From: an uncultured delta proteobacterium
GTDB lineage: Bacteria; Myxococcota_A; UBA9160; UBA4427
Length of the DNA stretch: 64,000 nucleotides
Direction of reading: 5' to 3'
Assembly (NCBI GenBank): GCA_963822965.1
Contig: CAWGJT010000006.1
Location: 532,982-596,981, forward strand
The translations under genes were made by a program, and so were the position numbers. How positions within the stretch are numbered: the stretch's first letter is position 1; each line of letters begins with the position of its first letter. Under the pieces are notes generated by a model that was not told the DNA's origin, searched no databases, and worked only from the letters and a program-made list of their open reading frames with translations. Of the stretch, positions 1 through 9,285 are shown piece by piece.

Positions 1-862
1 TTCACCACGTACTTCATCACGTACGGGGCGAGCATGCCGATGCTCGCGGTGCCGAAGGTCTCGATGGCGTAGACGAAGACCAGCAGGCGGCCGTGGGGAT
101 TGCGGAAGACGTCGCCGAAGGCGGCGCGGATGTCCACCGAGCCGCGCCCCTGGAACTCGGCCCGCTCGGGCACGCGAATCGCCGCGTAGAAGATCATCCC
201 GGCGACCAGCAGACCACCGCCCAGGGACACCGCGAGGGCCATGGACCGGGGGTCCTGCGCGGTGCGCACCAGCCACACGGCGCCGAGGCCCACCCCGAGC
301 CCCAGGGAGCTGATGATGTGGCGATAGGCGAAGAGCCGCGTGCGCTCGTGGTAGTCGGGGGTCAGCTCCATGCCCAGGGCGCCGTGGGGCACGTAGAAGG
401 CCGTCGCGGCCGTCTCGTAGAGCAGGTACGCGAAGCCCATCCAGACGACCAGGGTCGCCTCGGTGATGAACGTCGGCGGCGACCAGAGCATCACCATCGA
501 GGCGCAAACCGGCAGCGCCGAGGCGTACATCCAGGCCCGGCGCCGGCCCCGGCGCGCCGTCGAGCGATCGGACCAGTAGCCCGCAAGCGGGTCCGAGACG
601 GCGTCCCACACGCGTCCGATGCCGAAGATCACCCCCATCGCGGCCGGTGCGATCAGCAGCACGTCGGTGCTGTAGATCATCAGGTAGACGGTGAAGAGGA
701 TGCCCATGCCGTTCATGCCGAAGAGCGGCAGGCAGTAGGCCCACAGGACGCGCTGGGGCAGCCGGCGGGCTCCCTCGGCGGGCGGCGTTTCGGGAGCGGC
801 GCCCGGAGGCCCGCTGCCCCGCGAGGAGACGGTGTCGGTCACGGCACTGGCATGCTCCCACA
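1..862 (-). CDS. MFS transporter, GPH (glycoside-pentoside-hexuronide:cation symporter) family; partial, 3' end beyond window start
   Basis: Minus-strand translation from ATG at 862 gives MWEHASAV...LWAYCLPLFGMNGMGILFTVYLMIYSTDVLLIAPAAMGVIFGIGRVWDAVSDPLAGYWSDRSTARRGRRRAWMY... This shares the N-terminal signature (LIAPAAMG-IFG--R-WDAVSDP-AGY-SDR---RRR-W) with the complete MFS gene at 38425-39819. It runs off the window, so it is absent from the ORF track. Confidence 0.6.
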
Positions 863-894
863 TCCGGCGCAGACCCGACAGCGCCGCAGGGGAC

Positions 895-1626
895 TCATCC
901 CTCGGCGACGTAGCGACGCAGCCACTCGACGCAGCGACGCCACGCGTCCGCGGCGGCCTCGGGTCGGTGGCTCGGACGCGAGGCGTTGAGGAAGGCGTGA
1001 CCCGCTCCGTCGTAGCTCACGAGCTCATGGGTCACGCCGAGCCGGGTGAGCTCGGCGTCGAGCCGCGCGACGTCCTCGGGACTCGGGTTCGTGTCCTCTC
1101 GCCCGAACAGACCCAGCACGGGACAGGCGATGCGATCGCCGCGATCGAAGGGCGACTCCGCGGCTTCGCCCGCGTCCGCCCAGGCCGTCCCGATGCTGCC
1201 GCCGTAGAAGACCACGGCGGCCCGCAGGGCCGGGTCGTGGGTCGCCATCAGCCAGGCGATCCGCCCCCCCATGCAGAAGCCGATGACCCCCGTGCGTCGG
1301 GGATCCACCGCGGGTTGGCCACGCAGCCAGGCGGCGGTCGCCGCGAGGTCGCGCACGACCTCGCGATCGCGCAGCAGGGCCATCCGTTCCAGGGGACCCC
1401 GCGAAGCCGCCTCGGGACCCGACGGCTGCCGGTGGTAGAGGTCCGGCGCCACGGCCGCGAAGCCGCCGTCACCCAGACGATCCAGGATGTCGAGGATGAA
1501 GCCGTCCACGCCTGGCGCGTGCATGCACACGATGACCCCCGGCGTCGTCCCGGACGCGACGTCCGGAAGGATCACGTGCGCCGGCATCGGGGCGCCGTCC
1601 ACGGGGATCTCGACTTCGATGGCCAC
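895..1626 (-). CDS. dienelactone hydrolase family protein
   Basis: C-terminal 244 aa of track ORF 895..2430: VAIEVEIPVDGAPMPAHVILPD...GVIVCMHAPGVDGFILDILDRLGDGGFAAVAPDLYHRQ...GVIGFCMGGRIAW...DGAGHAF. Candidate GTG start at 1626 lies right after the upstream gene's TGA (1629-1631). Confidence 0.7.
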   Translation of the reverse strand: MAIEVEIPVDGAPMPAHVILPDVASGTTPGVIVCMHAPGVDGFILDILDRLGDGGFAAVAPDLYHRQPSGPEAASRGPLERMALLRDREVVRDLAATAAWLRGQPAVDPRRTGVIGFCMGGRIAWLMATHDPALRAAVVFYGGSIGTAWADAGEAAESPFDRGDRIACPVLGLFGREDTNPSPEDVARLDAELTRLGVTHELVSYDGAGHAFLNASRPSHRPEAAADAWRRCVEWLRRYVAEG

Positions 1627-1628
1627 GA

Positions 1629-2837
1629 TCAGCCCTCTTGCCCGGGCGCGCCGGTCTCCCCGGCTCGCGCTCCTGCCAGGCCCGGGCGCTCGGGTGCGAA
1701 GTGCTCCGCGCGCACGCCGGCGGCGAGGAGATCGTCGGGCAGGCGGCCGTCGCCGATCAGACCCGCTGCGGCGCGCGCAGCCCCGGACGAGGTCATGATG
1801 CCGAAGCCCCCCTGTCCCACCAGCCAGAAGAAGCCCTCTCGCTCGGCGTCCATTCCGATCACCGGCAGGCGATCGGCCACGAAGCTGCGCAGGCCCGCCC
1901 AGCGCCGGCGAATGTGCCGGAGCTCCAGGGTCGTGGCGCGCCGCACGCGCTCGGCGGCGAGGGCCACCGCGAGATCGTCGGGCTCGGCGTCGCAGGGCTC
2001 GCTGGGCGTCTCGTCGCACGGGGAGGCCAGCAGCTGGACGCCTTCGGGCTTCAGGTAGAAGTCGTCGTCCGCGTCGAGCAGGCACGGCCACCCGCGCACG
2101 TCGACCCCCTCCGGCGGGTCGAAGGTGAGGGCCGTGCGTCGCAGCGGTCGCAGCCCCACTGGACGCGCGCCCGCCAGACGACCCACCGCCTCTCCCCAGG
2201 CCCCCGCCGCGTTCACCACGACCGCCGCCGTGTGCCGCGAATCGCCGCAGCGCACCTCCCAGGCGCCGCCACGACGAGCCACGGACGTCACCTCGGCGCC
2301 GGTCCACAGCTCGCCGCCGCGGGCCCGGAAGCCGCGCAGGAAGCCGGCGAGCAGGACCGCCACGTCGATGCTGCAGGAATCGGGCTCGAGGATCGCCGCG
2401 GCCGCGTAGCCCTCGCGCAGGACCGGACACAGCCCACGGGCTTCCTCGCCGGAGAGCTCCTGCAGGCGGATGCCCGCCTGCGCGGCGAGCTTCGCGGCGT
2501 CGGCCAGGCGCTGGCGCTGGTCCGCTCTCGCCACCGTGAGGCTCGGTCGCGGCCGCAGGATCGCGACCGCCGAGAAGCCCTCGGGCGGATCGGCGAGGAA
2601 GGCTCGACTCGCGCGGGTGAGCCGCTGCACGGCGGGTCTGCCGTAGCTCTCCACCAGGAACGCCGCCGAGCGGCCGGTGGTGTGCTGCCCCGCCATCCGC
2701 TCCCGCTCGAGCAGCACGACGCTTCCCCGCGACTGCAGCTCGTAGGCCGCCGACGCGCCCGCGATGCCGGCGCCGATCACCACGAAGTCCGAGCTCGTGC
2801 TGCGACTCATTTCCCGCCGCTCATTGGAAGCGGACAC
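1629..2837 (-). CDS. FAD-dependent oxidoreductase (DAO / glycine-D-amino-acid oxidase-like)
   Basis: Track ORF; N-terminal dinucleotide-binding motif SDFVVIGAGIAGASAAYEL, length 402 aa; start may be the internal M at 2810. Confidence 0.75.
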   Translation of the reverse strand: MSASNERREMSRSTSSDFVVIGAGIAGASAAYELQSRGSVVLLERERMAGQHTTGRSAAFLVESYGRPAVQRLTRASRAFLADPPEGFSAVAILRPRPSLTVARADQRQRLADAAKLAAQAGIRLQELSGEEARGLCPVLREGYAAAAILEPDSCSIDVAVLLAGFLRGFRARGGELWTGAEVTSVARRGGAWEVRCGDSRHTAAVVVNAAGAWGEAVGRLAGARPVGLRPLRRTALTFDPPEGVDVRGWPCLLDADDDFYLKPEGVQLLASPCDETPSEPCDAEPDDLAVALAAERVRRATTLELRHIRRRWAGLRSFVADRLPVIGMDAEREGFFWLVGQGGFGIMTSSGAARAAAGLIGDGRLPDDLLAAGVRAEHFAPERPGLAGARAGETGAPGQEG

Positions 2838-3465
2838 GCAGCCCGCCCATCCCCGTGAAGCCGCCGACCTGGTCCGTCTGGTAGTTGCCGCCCTTCCGCT
2901 TCCACACGTCGGAGGCGTTGCCGATGCGCGCCTCGCCGAACGCCTGCAGCCACGGGACGAAGGGCACGGGCACCTCGACGCCCGCCAGCCCCAGCAGGGT
3001 GAGCCCCCCGCTCACGTCGCTGCGCACCTTGTCGCCCGGAATGCCGCTGGCGTGGTCGTCGTCCACGTCGTGGATCAGGAAGCCCACGCCGACGCCCACG
3101 TAGGGCGAGACGATCGCCTTCGGAAACGGGTGGTACTGGAACTGGAAGCGCAGCGCGAAGGTGTCGTAGTCGGGACGGAAGTCCTGCTTGAGGTCGGCTT
3201 CGAAGCGCCGGTACTCGAACTCTCCGCCGACCCAGAAGCGATCCGAGCCGAAGCCCCGGTGGAACATGCCGGAGACGTCGTATCCGCGGCTGCCGTCCCA
3301 GGGAAGGAAGACACCGCTGCCGACGCTCACGTGGTAGGGACGGACCGAGCCGTGGCGGGGCTTCTCGGGAGCCGCCGGCGCCCCCTCCTCGGCCGCCGCG
3401 ACCGAAAGCGCCGCGCCTTGCAGAGCCGACGTGCTCGCGACGAGAACGAGGAGCGCACGGCGCAT
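2821..3465 (-). CDS. outer membrane beta-barrel protein (OmpA-like N-domain/OmpW-like small porin class)
   Basis: Last 214 aa of track ORF 2821..4395 from ATG at 3465: MRRALLVLVASTSALQGAALSVAAA signal peptide; alternating aromatic/Gly beta-strand pattern; C-terminus GGLRVRFQ. Confidence 0.6.
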   Translation of the reverse strand: MRRALLVLVASTSALQGAALSVAAAEEGAPAAPEKPRHGSVRPYHVSVGSGVFLPWDGSRGYDVSGMFHRGFGSDRFWVGGEFEYRRFEADLKQDFRPDYDTFALRFQFQYHPFPKAIVSPYVGVGVGFLIHDVDDDHASGIPGDKVRSDVSGGLTLLGLAGVEVPVPFVPWLQAFGEARIGNASDVWKRKGGNYQTDQVGGFTGMGGLRVRFQ

Positions 3466-3641
3466 ACGCCTGGAGAATGGCCCTCGCCCGACACCGCTCC
3501 CCGAGTCGCCCTCGATCCTCGCGTCGACCATCCTGCAGCCTCCCGCGGCTCCCGGCGCGCGAACGCCCGAAGCCAATGCCGCGCCCCGTGAATGCCGCGC
3601 CATGATACGCGAGGGGTGACCCGGCCGCGCGCCGAACGCTC

Positions 3642-4586
3642 TCACGCGCGACGCACGCGAGACACCACCTGCGCCAGCAGGCCGGGATCGACGTTGCCGC
3701 CCGAGAGCACCACGCCGCAGCGGCCCCGTCCCTCGCGCAACGCCAGGGCCAGCGCGGCCGCACCCGAGGGCTCGAGCACCAGGCGCAGCTCGGAAAGCGC
3801 CCACGCCATGGCGTCCAGCATCTCCTCGTCCTCGACCAGCTCGATGCGCGAGACGTGCTTCGCGAGCACGGGCCAGGTGAGCTCCCCGGGCGTTCGAACC
3901 CGCAAGCCGTCCGCGATGGTGCGCGGCGGGGGCACGCTCACGCGTTCGCCCGCGGCGAGGCTCCGCCGCGTGTCGTCGGCGTCCACGGGCTCGACGCCGA
4001 TGATCTCGGCGTGGGGCGACAGGGCCTTCACGGCAACCGCACAGCCCGCCATCAGGCCGCCGCCGCTCACCGGCGCGTAGAAGCGATCGAGCTCGCCCGC
4101 GTCCTCGACGAGCTCGAGGCCGCAGGTCCCCTGCCCGGCCGCCACCCACGGATCGTCGAAGGGCGGCACCGCCACCAGCTCGCGCTCCCGCGCCAGCTCC
4201 CGCGCGCGCTGGGCGCGCTCGTCGCTGTCCGGTCCCACCTCGATCACCTCGGCGCCGTCGGCCAGGGCGCGCGCCCGCTTCGCCGGCGGCGCGTCGTTTG
4301 GCATCACGATGACCGCGTGCATGCCGAGCACGCGGGCCGCCCGGGCGACGGCCTGGGCGTGGTTGCCCGAGGAGTGGGCCACGACGCCGGGGCAATCGCG
4401 CGGCAGGCGCAGCATCTTGGCGAAGGCGCCCCGCAGCTTGAAGGCGCCGGTGGGCTGCAACGACTCGGGCTTGAGCAGGAGGTCGCAGCGCGGGCGCTCC
4501 ACGCGCAGCAGCGGCGTCCGCACCACGTAAGGCCGGATGCGTGCCGCCACGTCGCGGATCGTCTCCAGGGAGAGCCGGTCGATCAA
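3642..4586 (-). CDS. PLP-dependent threonine/serine dehydratase family (catabolic-type, no regulatory domain)
   Basis: SLQPTGAFKLRGA (PLP lysine), HSSGNHAQAVA, GGGGLMAG loop; about 314 aa. TTG start at 4586 overlaps the top6A stop (cTTGAtc), suggesting translational coupling. Confidence 0.7.
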   Translation of the reverse strand: MIDRLSLETIRDVAARIRPYVVRTPLLRVERPRCDLLLKPESLQPTGAFKLRGAFAKMLRLPRDCPGVVAHSSGNHAQAVARAARVLGMHAVIVMPNDAPPAKRARALADGAEVIEVGPDSDERAQRARELARERELVAVPPFDDPWVAAGQGTCGLELVEDAGELDRFYAPVSGGGLMAGCAVAVKALSPHAEIIGVEPVDADDTRRSLAAGERVSVPPPRTIADGLRVRTPGELTWPVLAKHVSRIELVEDEEMLDAMAWALSELRLVLEPSGAAALALALREGRGRCGVVLSGGNVDPGLLAQVVSRVRRA

Positions 4587-5935
4587 GGCAGGAAGGCTCC
4601 CACGTTGCGGAGCTTCGCGGGCAGGTACTCCTCGATCACGTAGTTCAGCCCCCACATCGCCAGGGACTGCTGCTCCGCGCGGACACCCATCTGCAGGAGC
4701 TGCTCGATCGCCTTCCGCCACGGCTTGCTGGCCTGGAAGAAGGGGTCGTTCTTGAGGGCGTCCCGGGCGCGCTTGACGTCGACCTCCTGGAGCGGGTGGG
4801 TCGGCAGCTGGTAGTCGATGATGTCCTGGGGTGTGACGCCGAGATAGCGCGCCTTCGGGACGCAGAAGAACTGGGAGAGATGGGCGGCGTTCCCCGAGCC
4901 CACCTTGAGGGTGCGGTAGATGTTCGAGATGCCGTAGGGATCGCAGTCCACGAAGGCATAGACCGGAATGGCGCAGTCGTCGGAGAGCTTGCGGATGAAC
5001 CGCCGGCACGCGCGCGCCGGCACGCCGGCCATGTTCACCAGGATGCAGTCGCGCGCCTGCCAGAACTTGTGGCTCTGGAGCCGCTGGAAGACGCCGCCCG
5101 TCTCGATCGCCAGGATGAACTTCGCCTTCGTCTCGAAGGAAAGGTGCTCGACGCTGGAGGGAATCGAGTACGCGCCCGACCCGAAGCGCGTGCAGTCGAT
5201 CCGCTCGATGCGTCCGCTGTCGCGGTCCGGGTCGAGCACGACCAGTCTCCCGGCGACGGCGCCGTTGTAGCCCTCGTCGGGGACGAAGCGCAGCTGCTCC
5301 CGCGAGACGCCCCGCAGCGAGAACATGGCCTCGATGTCGTCCATCACCGTGTCCGACTCGGTCTGGTCGTCGAACTTGGCTTCTTCCCAGTTCTTGCTCT
5401 GGTAGTACGCGTCCCGCTTCGTCGCGAAGTCGTTCGCCTCGACGAGATCCTTCGAGAGGCCCATCATGCGCAGGGTCTGGGCGAAGTTGCGCACCGTGTT
5501 GACGGTGAGGGTCCGCTGCTTCTTGTGCTTGCCGATCTCGAAGTACCCGCGCTTCTCCGAATACGAGACGTTCGAGAGCGATCGCACCGGGAACTCGAGG
5601 TCCGGCTTGCGTCCCTTCAGGATGTCCCGGTAGACGTCGTCCGCTCGGTCGTGGATGAGCCGAAGGGTCAGGTCGTCGGCCTTCTTCGTGGCCCGGGAGC
5701 GCTCGCCGGAGAGCCCCGTGCGGCCGCGCGCCGGCTTGCGCGCGGCCTTCTTCGCACGCGGCCCGCCGGCCGCGCCCCGCCGGACGGACTTCTTCGCCGC
5801 GCGGGAGGGCTTCTTCTTCGCGCTCGCCTGGGCCGGGCGGCGCGCCGGCTTCTTCTTCGCGCTCTTCTTGCGGGTCTTGCGGGCTGCCACGTCCTCTCCC
5901 GATCCCCGGATGTCGGACCCACGCAGGTTGTTCAC
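4583..5935 (-). CDS. top6A: DNA topoisomerase VI subunit A (Spo11/Top6A family) with about 95-aa K/R/A-rich N-terminal tail
   Basis: Track ORF (GTG start). Catalytic-tyrosine region FATKRDAYYQSKNW; Toprim E in ILAIETGGVF; DxD metal site FVDCDPYGISN. N-terminus is MNNLRGSDIRGSGEDVAARKTRKKSAKKKPARRPAQASAKKKPSRAAKKSVRRG... Confidence 0.8.
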   Translation of the reverse strand: MNNLRGSDIRGSGEDVAARKTRKKSAKKKPARRPAQASAKKKPSRAAKKSVRRGAAGGPRAKKAARKPARGRTGLSGERSRATKKADDLTLRLIHDRADDVYRDILKGRKPDLEFPVRSLSNVSYSEKRGYFEIGKHKKQRTLTVNTVRNFAQTLRMMGLSKDLVEANDFATKRDAYYQSKNWEEAKFDDQTESDTVMDDIEAMFSLRGVSREQLRFVPDEGYNGAVAGRLVVLDPDRDSGRIERIDCTRFGSGAYSIPSSVEHLSFETKAKFILAIETGGVFQRLQSHKFWQARDCILVNMAGVPARACRRFIRKLSDDCAIPVYAFVDCDPYGISNIYRTLKVGSGNAAHLSQFFCVPKARYLGVTPQDIIDYQLPTHPLQEVDVKRARDALKNDPFFQASKPWRKAIEQLLQMGVRAEQQSLAMWGLNYVIEEYLPAKLRNVGAFLP

Positions 5936-6231
5936 GCCGAAACGCGCTGAGCCCTGCCATCAGCGGGACCTTCCCGAGGGCTCGGCGAGGCCGCTGGTGA
6001 TTCTAGTGGGTGATCCCGGGTCGTAGCGAGCCGCCCCGATGTGCCGAGATTCGAGGGGCATGGCGGTAGGCCCAGCGGCGGTCGAGAGTCTTTGCCGTTG
6101 GTACGCGGCGTGTAGGGACCGGCGAAGCGCTGTCGGACGCCGTTCTCCAGCAGAGCCCCTCGACTGTGAACAACCCCATCAGGCACCACACCCAGCCCAG
6201 GAGCCACCGCGGGGTCGCCTCGGGGGTCGGC

Positions 6232-9200
6232 TCACGAGGCCGAAGCCGCGACCAGAAACAGCGGGCTGCGGCTGGACACCTGGAGCAGCACGGGCAGCAC
6301 CACGAGCACCAGCGGGAGCTGGAAGACCAGACCGGACACGATGGCGATCGCCAGCGGCTGGAGCATGGCCGAGCCCTCGCCGATGCCGAGAGCCAACGGC
6401 GCCAGGGCGAGGATGGCGGCGAAGGTGGTCATCGCGATCGGACGCATGCGATTCGCCCCGGCTCGAATGAAACGCTCCTCGGAAGCCGGTAGCTCCACGT
6501 ATTCCGAATAGTAGAAGATTGCGACTTCGGTCACGATGCCGATGATCATTGTCATGCCCATGCGAGAGGTGATGTTGAACTCGGTGCCGGTCACCCACAA
6601 GCCGAGATACACGCCCGCCACCGCGAGCAACGTCGTCACCAGCATCGCTCCGGCCACGCGGAAGGTCTCGTAGAGGAAGAGGAGCAGAAGAAAGACGAGC
6701 GCAACGGCAATGACGAGTATGATCGTCAGCCCGCGAAAGGCGATCTGCTGCTGCTCGTAGAGCCCACCCAGGGAGAAGGTGACACCATCGGGCAGCAGCC
6801 CGCGTTCGCTGAGCACCGTCTTCACCTCGGCGACGGTGGAGCCGAGGTCGCGACCGGCGATGCGGCCGGTCACGGCGACCATCCGCTTGAGGTCGTCGCG
6901 CGTGATTTCAGGCTGGCCGATGACGGGGGTGAGCGTCGCCACACGCTTGAGTGGAAAGAGGTGACCGTCCGCGGCACGCAGCAACAGGTTGCCGAGATCG
7001 GCCTCCGTCCTTCGATCCGCCTGCGGGATCCAGACGCGCACCCCGATCACCTTCGGTCCGCGCTGGATGCCCGACGTGACGGCACCGCCGAGAAAGTCGC
7101 CGACCGCCTGGGTGATCGCGTCGGGGTCCATCCCCTCGAGGCCCGCCTTGACGCGATTCACCTCGATGTTCAACGCGTCACCGGCCGGGACGATGCCGTC
7201 CTTGACCTCGATCACGCCATCGACCTTCGAGATCGCCTCGGCCACGGCGGGGCCGACCTGCTCCAGGACGGATTCTTCGTTGGAATAGAGCTTGATCTCG
7301 ATCGGCTGCGGGACGCTGGTGAGGTCGCCGATGAGATCCTCCATGAGCTGGGCGGTCTCGATTTGGAGGCCGGGCACCGTCCTCTCGACCCGGGTGCGAA
7401 CGTCTTCCATGATGGTCTCGATCGGCCGGCGGGGAAGCGGCACCAGGCGGACGAAGAAATCCCCGACGTTCGCCTCCGAGATCCCGCCCCCGAGCTGAAG
7501 CCCGGTCCGTCGCGAGTAGGTCTGAACGTCCGGAGTGGCCCGAAGGATGTCCTCGACCCGCCGAAGCAGTCGATCCGTCTCGGAGAGCGAGGTGCCGGGC
7601 GGCGAGAGGTAGTCGAGAATGAAGCCTCCCTCGTCCATCACGGGCATGAATCCGGTGGCCCCGTTGCGGAAGCCGAGCACTCCGCCGCCCACCAGCGGAA
7701 CGAGAAAGAGCAGCACGAGCCACGGGCGGGCGAAGAGCACCCGCATGAGGCGTTCGTAGAGACTCGGGACCGGGCCCGAGAAACGACCGCCTTCCTCCCG
7801 GACGTCCCGTTCGGTCAGGAGGCGCGCCGCGAGGATGGGAACGCCGACGAGCGAAAGGAAGAAGGAGATCACGAGGCTCGACGCCATCGTCAGCGAGAGC
7901 GCCTTGAAGAACGCGCCCGTCACTCCGGAAAGGAAGGCCAGCGGTGTGAAGATGATGATCGTGGCCGACGACGATCCAACCAGGGGCCGCGTGAACTCCG
8001 TCGCCGCCGCCAGCACCCGCTCGCGAATCCCCCCTTCCCCTCCCTCGCGGACGCGGCGGACGATGTGCTCGATCATGACGATGGCATCGTCGATGATGAG
8101 ACCGACCGCCGCCGCCATGCCGCCGAGCGTCATGATGTTGAAGCTCATCCCGAGCACGGAGAGCAGCAGAATGGTCGCAGCCAGCACGGCGGGCACCGTG
8201 AGGATGGCGATGAACGTCACCTTCCAGTCGCGCAGGAAGACGAGCAGCACGAGCGCGGCCAGGGCGATCCCGACGAGCACGGCGTCGCGGGTACTCGAGG
8301 CGGAAGCGATGATCAGGTCGCTCTGGTCGTACCAGTTGGCGACCCGAACGTCCGCGGGAAGCTGCTTCTCGAGCTCGGCGAGCTTCGCCTTGACGCCTTC
8401 CGCGATCTGGACGGTATTCCCTCCGGGCTGCTGGTAGACCTGGAAGAGAACGGCGTCGCGGCCGTCGGCGGTCACGCGAATCCACTGCGGCTGGGTGGAG
8501 CGCTCGACCGCCGCGACGTCGTCGAGCAGGACGACTCCGTATGGCGTCGACCGGAGGACGGTCCGGGAGATCTCCTCGAGGTTCTTGAACCGGGTATCGG
8601 AGATGACGAGGTAGAGCTTGTCGTTCTCTTCGAGCCGGCCTACCGCCGTGAGCACGTTCGAAGCGGAGAGCGCCTTGGCCACGTCGGCGAGCGTGAGGCC
8701 GAAGGATTGGAGCTTGGCCACGTCGGCCACGACGCGGAATTCCTCGACGCGGCCCCCCTGCACGCCGATGCGGGAGACGCCGGTCACGGTCGTCAGCGCC
8801 GGTCGCAGGGTGTAGAGGGCGAGATCGCGCAGCTCGGTGAGCGGTCGCGCGTTCGAGGTGAGGCTGTAGGCGATCACCGGAAACACGGTGGGATCCATGC
8901 GCTCGGCGTCGAACGAGGTGCCCGGCGGCAACGCCGGTATCACCTTGTTCACCTCCGACTCGGCCTGGAGCAGGGCGCTCGTCATGTCCTGGCCCCAGTC
9001 GAAGTTCACGGAGATCTGCGCGCTGCCCCGGCTCGTCGTGGAGCGCACGCCGCGCACGCCGGGGATGGCGCGGACGGCTTCTTCGATGGGTGTCGTCACC
9101 TCGACGACCATGCGCTCGGCCGGCCGGTCGCCGGCCTCGAGATCGATGCGGACGCGCGGGAAGCTGACCTGCGGAAAGAGGCTCACCGGGAGCTGGCAGC

Positions 9201-9285
9201 TGCTCATCGCCCCGGCCGCTGCGAGCACGGCGAAGAGGAAGAGGAGCGAGCGGGAGTGGCGGTGCGTCCAATCGGAGAAGTTCAT
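6232..9285 (-). CDS. RND efflux transporter permease (HAE1/HME, CzcA/CusA/AcrB-like), about 1017 aa
   Basis: Begins MNFSDWTHRHSRSLLFLFAVLAAAGA at ATG 9285 within track ORF 6232..12018; 12-TM RND topology with two large periplasmic loops; ends ...LFLVAASAS. Confidence 0.85.
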   Translation of the reverse strand: MNFSDWTHRHSRSLLFLFAVLAAAGAMSSCQLPVSLFPQVSFPRVRIDLEAGDRPAERMVVEVTTPIEEAVRAIPGVRGVRSTTSRGSAQISVNFDWGQDMTSALLQAESEVNKVIPALPPGTSFDAERMDPTVFPVIAYSLTSNARPLTELRDLALYTLRPALTTVTGVSRIGVQGGRVEEFRVVADVAKLQSFGLTLADVAKALSASNVLTAVGRLEENDKLYLVISDTRFKNLEEISRTVLRSTPYGVVLLDDVAAVERSTQPQWIRVTADGRDAVLFQVYQQPGGNTVQIAEGVKAKLAELEKQLPADVRVANWYDQSDLIIASASSTRDAVLVGIALAALVLLVFLRDWKVTFIAILTVPAVLAATILLLSVLGMSFNIMTLGGMAAAVGLIIDDAIVMIEHIVRRVREGGEGGIRERVLAAATEFTRPLVGSSSATIIIFTPLAFLSGVTGAFFKALSLTMASSLVISFFLSLVGVPILAARLLTERDVREEGGRFSGPVPSLYERLMRVLFARPWLVLLFLVPLVGGGVLGFRNGATGFMPVMDEGGFILDYLSPPGTSLSETDRLLRRVEDILRATPDVQTYSRRTGLQLGGGISEANVGDFFVRLVPLPRRPIETIMEDVRTRVERTVPGLQIETAQLMEDLIGDLTSVPQPIEIKLYSNEESVLEQVGPAVAEAISKVDGVIEVKDGIVPAGDALNIEVNRVKAGLEGMDPDAITQAVGDFLGGAVTSGIQRGPKVIGVRVWIPQADRRTEADLGNLLLRAADGHLFPLKRVATLTPVIGQPEITRDDLKRMVAVTGRIAGRDLGSTVAEVKTVLSERGLLPDGVTFSLGGLYEQQQIAFRGLTIILVIAVALVFLLLLFLYETFRVAGAMLVTTLLAVAGVYLGLWVTGTEFNITSRMGMTMIIGIVTEVAIFYYSEYVELPASEERFIRAGANRMRPIAMTTFAAILALAPLALGIGEGSAMLQPLAIAIVSGLVFQLPLVLVVLPVLLQVSSRSPLFLVAASAS

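Noticed and set aside
93-2058. Arg/Gly/Pro-rich + strand ORFs (93..989, 832..2058) at the window start
   Set aside because: Low-complexity R/G/P-rich translations typical of antisense or shifted frames in GC-rich DNA. The region is explained by minus-strand MFS, hydrolase and oxidase genes.
3466-3641. Direct repeat aatgccgcgcc x2 in the intergenic region between the OMP and dehydratase genes
   Set aside because: Short, GC-rich, no inverted symmetry or recognisable motif; likely chance.
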